Made by a program: the position numbers and the translations under genes. Under the pieces are notes generated by a model. The model searched no databases. It saw nothing but the letters and a program-made list of their open reading frames with translations, and had not been told where the DNA came from. Positions 40,141-50,496 of a stretch of 64,000 nucleotides of DNA are shown one piece after another (position 1 is the stretch's first letter; each line of letters opens with the position of its first letter). Origin of the DNA: Phoronis australis (taxonomy: Eukaryota > Animalia > Phoronida); contig NMRA01000134.1 of NCBI GenBank assembly GCA_002633005.1, positions 472,652-536,651 of the forward strand, given 5' to 3'.

Positions 40141-40159
40141 ACAAATAATCTGACACTCA

Positions 40160-40570
40160 GGGTTATTGGTGGGGAGGGGGACATTCGTCAGTCGCGCAAA
40201 ACAGGGAAAAGTTTAAAAGAGAAAATATGAGGGTTATATGTAAGAATTCTTCCAACATGTCGTATGTCGACTGTTTCCTGAATCTAGGGGAATTTACCAA
40301 GGATTTTGAAAAATGTTGTCCGTCTCCAATTCTTTCGTCCCTTATACCCTCATCTGTATACAACTCAAGCCAGTCATTATTTATTTTTATTTCTAAATTA
40401 TTCTTTCACTTTAGTTTACTTTCTTAATAATTTTTATGTCTTATGTTTCTTATTTATTTGCGGTAGATATCAGTTTTATACTTAACATGTTTTATCCTAT
40501 ATAAATAAAGTCCAACTATCTGTCTGTCTGTCGGTCCGTCCTTTCGTCCGTCCGTTCGTCTGTCTATCTG
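40160..40570 (+). mobile_element. Possible 3' end of a CR1/L2-like LINE
   Basis: KRENMRVIC...SYVDCFLNLG...SSLIP resembles an ORF2 C-terminus; followed by a T-rich UTR, AATAAA and a (TCTG/TCCG)n tail. Confidence 0.35.
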
Positions 40571-43500
40571 ACCAATCTACGGTATCTAAAGGCAGCACAA
40601 GCGTCCAGCGCCTTGCAGTCTCAGGCGTAGGAAGCGGGGACGTGTGAGCGGGGCCATACAGGGGAGACCTCCATGGTAATCAGAACAAATGAGAAGCAAA
40701 AGATGCACAAACTGATCAAACACAACCAGAGCGTGTAAAAAGTAATAAAAAACGTCTCTTATTACAACTATCTAACACGCGCCATCGTTCTGCAAACACA
40801 GGTACTAATGGCAGTCTGGTAAAGAGTCTTTCTATAATTGAGCCTCTAGGAAAATGTCCTAAAAGCGAATTTCCTGAAAAAACGCTGACCGTTGACGCAT
40901 TTATCTGACTTCGTCCCAGACGTCGAAACTGCACCAATCCAGAGGGTTAAATACAAGATGAAAACTGCCAAAAGGTTTGCCGGGCTTCGGGATCGATTGT
41001 AGTTTCTGTATAAAATACACTCGTTTACTGGAGGCATTTTGAACCTGTATGTACTTGTCGCAAGGTTACTCAGATTTCCGTGAAACTGTACAAAGTGTAG
41101 TAACACTGACCGGTTTCGATGACGCACGCATAGAGATGTCGTTTGCGTGTAACTTCATCCTCTGTTCCAAGCCACACATATTGCTTCTCTTTGTCAACCA
41201 GAAGGAAGCTACATGATGTAATTACGGTTGTTCTTAGTGAATATCTTACTGATCAAACAAAGATGCAGTCACGCAATTTTTGTAGGCAGTTATTTTATAG
41301 TTCGGGAAGAAGAGTCGTTACTCGCACGGGGTGTGGAATAATTCTGACATGCTTGATCGCCAGTACAAGGTGTTGATATGATTTGTATATCGAGTACGTA
41401 AATGTCCGCCGCGTGGGCCACAGGCGTTGGACGTGAAGCGATAAAATACCTCTTTGTGTAAACCATTCGTCATGTGCACAGCGTGTGTTTTTATACGTTC
41501 ATGTTTCACCCGGTTAAACATGTTCTAAAATAGTGTTTGGCACAGACACAGCACCGAAATTAGGTTGGGATTATAAGATTGTATTGAGACGGTCTTTTTG
41601 ATAAAGAGAAAAATTCTTGTATGCAAAAGTATAACCATTAAATGCATGTACAGCGCCACCTGATGGTCGCGACAAAGTTAAATGGACATTGGATCCCATT
41701 TTAGCCTACCAACAGTCATCTTCAACGACTAGATCATTTGAAAAAATAGAATACGCTGTAACTCTCAGAGTTTGAAAAGCGTTTGAAAATATGATATACA
41801 AAGTCTAATAAACGCCTTGGGTGAATAAACCGACGGCTGTTGGTAAAGACCCGTAACTTGAAACTACTAGATCCACACAGAATAAGTGTTCTAAAATGCT
41901 TGTATCTCCCTGGGGGTACCAATCATATGAGTGATTCAGAAAACACCAAAGCAAAGATCAACGTCTTTTTAAAAACGAGCATCTAGGGTGATTGAGGCCC
42001 ATGACGCCTGTCCCTTTATGAGAGACAATAATACAGTATAATACGACAACAAAACAAGATTCTGTCGTGCTTACAGAACAGTCTTTAGGCTTATAACAGA
42101 GAAAAATGTGCAAACAAACTTATATGAGGTATTTACAATTTTGATTGATATTCCAAAGATCTCACACTTTTTGTGGACGTCTCATCGTTGATGATAGCCA
42201 ACTGAGCTGAAACGTTGTTTGTTATTATCTGTGACGTGGGCTCGAAAATCCGAATTTGAGTGCTCACTCAGCGCCCGATCCCGATTCATGATACTTTCCT
42301 CTTTGTGCGACTATAATTAATTTTCATAAAATGGTAAACCAGATGTCGACATAATAACAAACCCGGTCAAACGTTACATCAGAGAGAGCACTATTCCCAT
42401 ACGCTGACCTCTGGTGTGAATTAAAGAGGCCTGGATAGCGAAAACTCGTAAAAATATTTTTAAACAGATCGTGGGGAACCTACTCGGGAATGTTCACGTG
42501 AGAGTTATTCTCTTTGAATATTGCAAGAATTTCTAAATAACATCGTCAGATTCACTATTTTTGAAACAAGCGAAATAGAAACTCTTTCATCCCAATGCAG
42601 TTTTGAAATTCTCGGCCCCTATATGCGCGAATGCTCTCCTAACAGCCAGTGTTGGATCGCAGTGTTGAATCTGTTGCGCATGAGCAAACAGTGGTCCACA
42701 AGGGAAATAGTAGCTCAGTTGCTTACATAGCCGATTCTCAGCATTTGGGAGGGATACTCTTTCTAATAATCTTCAGAATTTACTGTCGTGCCGGTTCGTT
42801 TCAGCTTTCAGGTCACATTTAAGGTCTTAACCATTAAAGTCTGAATGATTATCCACGGTGTCGTCGCACCAATACATTTGTAACACTGAAGAATAATCAA
42901 CCTTCAACAAACTTAACTCGTCGTACCACAATGTGTTTAAACGTGTTTTGGCATTTCATCACTAGCGGTATTTGTTATTTTTGTAATTTTCAGGTAAACC
43001 TTTTTTAGCTCTATGACGCATCCGTCTTCGCATTTGAATACTCTTTTTGTAGCAATTAGCAATCCTGGCCTGTCTTACCTCGTACTTTCTTCATCGTATA
43101 TTTTTATACATGTATGAATATGTAACTATAATTGTTTTTGTATTGTATTACTTATTTCTTGTGTGTAAACTTTTGAGGTGTCTGCAATCGTTCTTCATTC
43201 GTTCTTTCATATCTGGCCTTGAGTTCTGTTGTCACACCACGTCACCAGGTGGCACTGTAAATAAAGCATGGCAAGTTTATAGTCTGTTGCCAAACTTAAC
43301 AGTTTTTAACTTTAATTCAGAAGCTGAGCTTTTATTTAAGATAATGAAAGTTACATAGTACACATACAGCGAATTCTTAGACGGAACTGCCACTTTTACG
43401 AACTTTCATAAGACATTCCTATCTTGAGAGTCATGAAAAATATGAATGAATTGAAAAAAGTAAATGAAAAATTGGGTTTCCTTGTAAGCTGGCTGCGTTT

Positions 43501-44548
43501 TATTTTATTCGGACTTCATGGATAAGCACTAGGAAACTCATCAGTGTTGTTCAGGAAAAAAAACGAAACATGAATTGAGGCAGAAGTATGCATAAACTTG
43601 GAGCTGTTTATTCTACTTATTTCTGACGCAAAACCTGAGACTGCGGTTATTAGACAGGTGCTTTCATGTATCGAACAGTCGGTAGTTTGTGTAATCACTT
43701 CATTCTTATAGGCGTCTAATGACGGACGAATTTCACTGAATTCATCGCATGCATCTCATCGTGTTAATTTAGTTTAATTCGGTTTTAAAGTCCATTAAGC
43801 ATCGTTATCGTAATGTCTCAAATTCCTGAGACGCTTTCGTCTTGCTTGATTGACAAAACACGTAGATTCGTACAAAACGAAACAAAGTAAATATCGGAGG
43901 CTAAGAAAAGCTCGAGAATCGGCATAAACGATCAGCCAAAGCTACGGCAATCTGTTTCGTTAATTAGTCAGGAGAAAACATGAAGGCCAAAGCGAGATCT
44001 CCGTTATTTTTAGTTTATGTTAAAAGTAACATTTGAGAACACTGACCTAATCATTAACGGGTCTTCAATAAATATTTATCACTAGTCCCACATAATGTGC
44101 GAGGACAAACATGGAGGTCAAGCATGACTTCCTGACTGACAAGTCCGTAACCTGCCAGCGACGTTGGACATGAGTCTATTTTGCGTGCATCGCTGTCACG
44201 ACTTCCTGATAACACTTGAGAGTCCAGGATGTAGTCTTCACGCGCCATGTCGAGTTAATGAGACGCACAATAAGTTTGGGACCAAAAATATACATTTGCA
44301 AGATTTTTTAATAGGATGACGATGAACTACTTGAAGTTATTGGCTTTGGACCAGAACAATAAAACAACAAAATCCGTTGTTTTTTTGTAATTTTTTTAGA
44401 GCTCGCACATCTCCAACGTTGGCTTCCAGTCTGTTCACATGTATCCGCGATAGAATTTAGAGAAATCGAGGAGTTGACCTCATCAACTCTCTGTTGTGCG
44501 TTAGAAAATGGCCAAAGACACCAGCGCTGGTCCTAATCAAAACCGGGG

Positions 44549-44642
44549 TATAAAAGTCTAGAAAGCTACCCTCCTGAGTGAATGTGAGCAGCCGAGGAGA
44601 ACAACTGAAGCAAATTAGAGGAACAACCTCTCTAGGACAAAG
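44549..44642 (+). promoter_or_regulatory. Candidate TATA box, initiator and short non-coding first exon of the LRR-SPH gene
   Basis: TATAAAAG at 44549-44556, initiator-like TGAGT about 26 nt downstream, possible donor AAAG|GTTAAC at 44643. The coding exon at 45078 has an acceptor, so an upstream exon is expected. Confidence 0.4.
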
Positions 44643-45085
44643 GTTAACAACTATTGTTCTCAGTGTTTCACTAATTAAACAATTGACTTTCTCAATGAGT
44701 CTCAAAATGGAAAAAAATGAATGTTCTAGGCCTCGTTGTTTAAATACCATGCCAGAAATCTAAAGTAACACACACAATGGCCACTAGCCTCGATTTCCCA
44801 GAAAACAAAAGTGAAGGAAGAACACATTCACGTAAACTTAAGAAATTGAAGTATTTTTTGGTGAAAGCGTTCCCAAAGAAAAACTGAGTGTAATCTGTTC
44901 ATGCTTCGCTGCCGGCGTGTGTCTCTTTAAGTTGAGCAGCTTAAGCTGGGACTCTTCTTTTACTTTGACCCAACGCTTCGATTTTTGGTATCTCATTTTT
45001 GTCGAACAGTTAGAAAAAAGGACTCGGCTATCATATTTCTAATTCTCTTGTACTATTACTTGTCTGTTTTATTGCAGGGCTTACG

Positions 45086-45359
45086 ATGCAGCTGGTTGCT
45101 ATTCTGATCCTGCTTCCGGCCGTCATCTTGGCGGCTGAAGTGTACTTGCCATGTCCCCATGAATGTCGCTGCACAGATATGATCACAAAGTATGCACCAT
45201 ATAACTGGCGAATGATGATGTCAGAGCGTCGACTGCACCGACTCATGTTCGGTCCGGGACGACACTACTTTGGTCGGCGTATAGCCGAATCACAGACCAA
45301 CAGTGGACGACAAATGACGTGTATGGGGCTGATCTCCATGCCCAGTTACATTCCCCGTG
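45086..45359 (+). CDS. LRR-SPH exon 1 (signal peptide and LRRNT); exon starts 45078
   Basis: TTGCAG acceptor at 45076-45077, donor CGT G|GTAAG. Confidence 0.85.
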
Positions 45360-48300
45360 GTAAGAAAACAAAACACCAGAGCCAGTACTTAAGCATGTCG
45401 TACATAAATGAGCGCACTGAAGTTTATGCTCATTTATTAAAAATAGTGCGTTTTTCAAAAGTTATTTTACTGGTCCTTAACTCGTTTCGGAGTCTGAAAA
45501 CCAACATATAAATTGCGTAACCATAGCAGCAGTCAATATTAAGGTATGAGCGGTCAATATTGATTATTATTGACTCCGAAGTATGAGCTTATAACTTCAC
45601 AATCTGTCCAAAATCATATTATAATAGTATACTGCATTATACTACAGAATTTTTCTTTCCTGACTTCTGAAAATTAGGTCAGATGAGAAATGATTTCTGG
45701 GCTTGAAAAAAATGACAATGGTTTATTGCTTGAGACCATGGGCGGCGGCCGCGGCGCAAAAATGACACGCCGTGCAAGTCATAATGTTGAGCTTAATCTC
45801 AAGCAACGAAGAACTGTCAGTTATTTCCATGCTCTTAGATCACCTCTAATTCCACTTAAGGACAACTTGAGACCAATTTCAGAACGGTCAGAGATCTAAG
45901 TTAGAAGTCGTTTTTTGTGGCTGACAGCTTGGCAGGTTTATAGTCGTTTTACGATGTCATTGTGGTAAACCATTACCCAGTACACTTGTTCAAAAATGTT
46001 CTTACGCACACCTGATTGAATGAAATCGTGTAACAGCATTCATTGAGCTGATTGAAGCGTCCATAAGATTTCACAGCAATGAATAATTTTGACTTAAAAA
46101 TTAACATTTTTGAAAATACAGTGCAAATCCAATGGTTTTTCATGCACATACTTTCGTTATTCATCACAAGTTGGACTTCCGCAAAGGTGCTTGTACTCGG
46201 CGGAATCATCTTTTTCAATTCACCCAATCGAGCGCGTGAAGACGAGCAGTGTTCATTGGATTGTTAGCCAAGAACTGAAGGGAAGATGTGCCCGACTTTT
46301 GTAAAGAACTCGGGAGCTTTCAAAGTGAACAGCGCGATTTGTCTGACAAAAGCGACGACAGCAATGTCTTCAATGAACTGGAGCGAGTACGGGTGCCGGT
46401 TATGTGCGAAGTAATTGCATGTTCGCTTGATCCCGCTGTACCGGCGTATGCCGAGTCGGTGAGACTCGGGCCGAGAGCCTGCCGTCGCTGGGCGACCCGG
46501 CTGTGCGACAAGTCGAGGAAGTAAATTTTAGCGAAAATCTAGATAAATGACAAGCTTCCTTGCGTTAATTGACGTTTTTAGTTTCCATGCGGAGAATTTT
46601 TTGGAAAAACTACTGACCAAAATACCGACGCCAATCTAAACAGTCAAGGATTCCCCGGTCACTCATTGTTGATACACTGCTTATGACGTCAAACGAACAG
46701 AGGTGACCATTTCTGCTCACCCGGAGCATTTGAGCGCGAATTACAAATAACGAGTGAATGACTGGATTTTCAGAAAGGCCGCTGGGCTCATTGGTTTTGG
46801 GAATTAGTAAGTTAGGCCATGAAATGCTTGTTTGTCAAACGACATTGTCTTTCACAACGTCAGAGTGATTGACATTCAGGCAATAGCGACGTTTTTGTAA
46901 TGTTTTTGTTGTAGAACAGCAATTTATGGAGCAAATGTATTATAAATATGTTTCAGATATTAAGAAACTGTGTATCTATGGTGAAGGTGAAACCACGAAC
47001 AAAGGGACCATAACTCCTTCAAAAGAAGTCGGCTATCTGAGAGACTCTCCATCCTTTCGGTCGTCGAACCGACCAATTGTGCAGGATCCTCCAAGACATC
47101 TGACCGCCATTGACAAGACGAAATTCGTGGCCGCAACAAAAATCACGCAGTTAGCACTGGAAGGCCATCGAATCAAAACCATAGAGTCACTGCAATTTGA
47201 GTCACTAGGCGAGCTGACCGACCTGTCTCTGAGAAATAACCATTTGAAAAGTCTTGCCAAAGAAGCTTTTATGTCTCTGGTCAAGTTAGAGAAACTGGAC
47301 TTAACTGACAACAAAATCAAACGAATCTCAAGTGGCGTGTTCAGTTACACGCCAAAACTACGTCACCTGAACCTGAAAAATAACAAACTGAAGAAACTTC
47401 CAAGGGATATTTTCACTGACCTGAGACTCTTGGAAACACTGGATATGTCAGACAACAAAATTTCTTTTCTACAGGACGGAATATTTGACAATTGTCGTGA
47501 GCTTAAAGAGCTTCGTCTCGGGAATAATATTCTTTCAGGCTTTCAGTCAAATTTGCTGTTTTATGTAACCAGGTTGACCCAGTTATCTTTGAACGGCAAC
47601 CAAATTTCTGCGCTTCCTGTTACCGCATTCAGAACTACAACGCAGCTTAGGAAACTCGACTTATCACACAATAAGTTAGAAATAGTCTCTACGGCTGTTT
47701 TCGGAAATCTCAACATTCTAAATGAGTTGACTCTAAGTCACAACAACATCAGGAACATACAAGACGGCGCCTTCTTAAATCTGACGTCACTCGTGAACTT
47801 GGAGCTTGACAACAACGCCTTGGGGCCCATTCGGCCAAAAATGTGGAAAGGTCTACATAATTTACGGAGGATCAGATTGGAACACAACCAGATACCGGAA
47901 ATAAACAATTCAGTTCTCCAAGAAATGCCGCGAATAAATGCTATTGACTTGTCGTTCAACAAAATCCCGCGTATTCAACGAAGAACGTTCGAAGGTCTCC
48001 TTCAGCTGCGCGAAATCAAACTGAACAATAATGATATAAAGTATTTGGAAGATGAAGCTTTTGTTGTTAGCCTACTCAACAGTCGATCAAAAGTCACGTG
48101 GATATACTTGCAGTATAACAAAATCCGACAAATCAGATTTCACGCCCTTTATGGTCTACCGTGGCTGAAGTTTGTCAATATCTGCTACAACAAGATCAAT
48201 TCGATTCATCAGAAGGCTTTTAATTATGCGCGAAACCTTAATTCCTTGATTCTAAATAACAACGAAATAGCCAGTATTGAGGAAGGAACATTCCAAGCTC

Positions 48301-50496
48301 TGAAACGACTGAAAATATTAAACCTTGGGCATAACTTACTTTCGGAGTTGCCCTTCAACATTTTCTTGGGTCTCGACCAATTAGAAAATCTAAACATTGA
48401 ATTTAACAAACTCCAAGAGATTTCTACTGACAGCTTCTTACACACTGTCAATGTGCGGAGCCTCGATTTCACGGGCAACAGCCTTCAAACCGTGCGTATG
48501 CGAACTTTTGAATCAATGCTGAAACTACGCCACCTGGAATTCGCCAAAAACGACATCAGACGAGTGGTCCAGCCGACCTACTACAATGGACTGCTAAAAT
48601 ATCTTTCATTTTCCCACAACAAGTTATTCTCACTGGACGGCAACATCTCCAAAACATTGGCTTTTGGTGGCCTTCTGGGTCTCCATGATAACCCGTGGAT
48701 ATGCGACTGCCATTTGACTTGGTTGCCTAAATTAGCCATGCAAGGATACATTGGCCTTCCTCATAAAGACGATATCACTTGCAAACAGCCAGAGGTCTTA
48801 ATGGCCAAACAGGTAACTAGATCTTGAATTTAGGCTTGTGGTTTGTGTTCGTGATTCGAAACTGAGTAATCAACGTTGTTGTTGTTGTTGATGTTGGGGT
48901 TGGTGCTGGTGAAAAGAGTATGTTTATCTTTTCAACATAAGCATCAGTCATCCGACTTCATTTAGGTAATAAAATAACGCGTTCTGGTTTGTATTTTCCA
49001 AAAACAGATATCCGTTTTCTTTTGACTCCATAATTCAATTCATAGACTAAGAAGAGGTGTAATGTCGACACCACTAGAAGTCCGTACTGGACCACGACTA
49101 ACCGTGCGCCTATGTAACGGTTTTAACACTTTACAACGAATGGAATTGAACTTGCTCTTTTGATTTTTATATTATCTCTTGAATTTTACGTTATTTAATG
49201 ATGAAATTGCACTTCTAGGTAACTCGCCTTTCCGCTGCGGACATGCCGTGCATGACAAAAGAACGCTATCGACACCTGACGGAAGTGATGGAGGCTTCCT
49301 TCATGCGACATGTTTGCAATGTCGCACCAAGCCAAGTTCCCACTTTAACCTCGTCCCGTCCAAGGTAGATGTTAGCCTCGTCCTTATCTATTATTTACAA
49401 CAGTTCTTATTATTCTTTCAGTTTGCCGGTAACGGGTCTTTGTGTCGATTTCAAACCGCCTAAAACGTTTTACATGAGGGTCAACGTAGGTTTGATACGT
49501 TAGAAATAAAAATTATGTTTTCAGTTTACATTAACCAAGCGCATTATCAAATCCATTAGTTCAACACGTGTAAATGTCTCTTTCTCTGGAAGCACAAATT
49601 TGTTAGCCTACACTGTCTTCAGCAAGTGACAGCATGAATATCTCTTTAGTAACCTCGGGGCTCGATGAAAAATTGTACCTCGATCTCTGCCCGGGCTTCT
49701 CCAACTCGACACAAGAACCTTAAAATGAATTCCCCAAATATGCACATTTATTTTCCCCACAAATTTACTTTAACTTTCTTCCTCTTTGCGTTAGTATTCA
49801 CTTGTGCACTTTTTATATCCCAGCTTACCTCGCAAGGAGTTGGCTCACTGGCACGTGACACTAGTAAAAAGTCGTGATTGGACGCCCATTTGCAACGGAG
49901 TCATTATCGATCATCATTGGGTAATAACTACCGCCACCTGCTGGCGAATGACCAGATCTTCGTTGCATACCTCGAAGAACAGCTCTGTCACGGTACTTGT
50001 TGGTGAAACATCTCGCAAGACACAAGAGTGGAAAATTCGTGAACCGCAAAAAGTTGTAATGCATCCAAATTACACGAGGGTCGACGGACCAAATGATGTC
50101 GCTCTTGTACAACTGAAATCGTTAAAACCAAGCGTAGTCAGCCTCTTAACGCGATTCCCTTGTATGCTGGACAATAATTTGCAAAAGTCGGTTTTGTCGC
50201 ATCGTCGCCGCGGTCGTGTTAGCTCTCGGTTAACCACCAAATCGAGAATCAAAATAAGGGCTAAATCAGTGAAAGTGCTGCGATGGTCTGGACTTATTTA
50301 TTCAACGGTTAAGAAACTGAAAGCGTCGCATGATGCAAAGTCAGCGCCGTTATATTTTGACCTGGGAAAAGCCGGATGGGTTCTGGCAGGTCTCAAAACA
50401 ACGACACGGCGATCTGTCGATTTCTCACACCAATTCATACCGCTTGCACCGCACGCGGCCTGGATCGACGGAGTTCTTTCGGGAAGGCGTGCTTAA
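45086..50496 (+). CDS. Secreted leucine-rich-repeat protein with a C-terminal inactive trypsin-like (serine protease homolog) domain, 4 coding exons, about 982 aa
   Basis: Exons 45086-45359, 46957-48812, 49219-49364, 49824-50496; GT-AG introns of phase 1, 0 and 2; total 2949 nt. Signal peptide MQLVAILILLPAVILA, LRRNT CPHECRC...C, about 21-22 LxxLxLxxNxL repeats, LRRCT NPWICDC...C...C, S1 protease-like motifs CNGVIIDHHWVITTATC, HPNY, NDVALVQL, WVLAGL, WI. No transmembrane segment seen. Confidence 0.88.
46957..48812 (+). CDS. LRR-SPH exon 2 (LRR array and most of LRRCT)
   Basis: 1.86-kb open exon within the 633-aa ORF; TTTCAG acceptor, CAG|GTAAC donor. Confidence 0.95.
49219..49364 (+). CDS. 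LRR-SPH exon 3 (end of LRRCT and linker)
   Basis: VTRLSAADMPCMTKERYRHLTEVMEASFMRHVCNVAPSQVPTLTSSRP; supplies the last LRRCT Cys; phases fit both neighbours. Confidence 0.8.
49824..50496 (+). CDS. LRR-SPH exon 4 (pseudo-protease trypsin-fold domain)
   Basis: TATCCCAG acceptor; 230-aa ORF with degenerate S1 protease motifs; TAA stop. Confidence 0.85.

Noticed and set aside
40655-40685. CAGGGGAGACCTCCATG resembles the U1 snRNA 5' region
   Set aside because: Lacks ATACTTACCTG and the downstream U1 stems and Sm site
41864-41882. ACTAGATCCACAC resembles miR-279
   Set aside because: The seed differs, the 3' end does not match and no precursor hairpin is seen
46288-46524. GC-rich 78-aa ORF in LRR intron 1 as an extra exon
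   Set aside because: No convincing acceptor in compatible phase; exons 1 and 2 already join in frame; probably repeat-derived
47033-48478. Antisense ORFs within the LRR exon
   Set aside because: Shadow frames of the sense coding sequence
46926-48827. Stand-alone single-exon 633-aa LRR gene, or a Toll-like receptor
   Set aside because: It lacks a signal peptide and the final LRRCT Cys without the flanking exons, and no transmembrane or TIR domain follows
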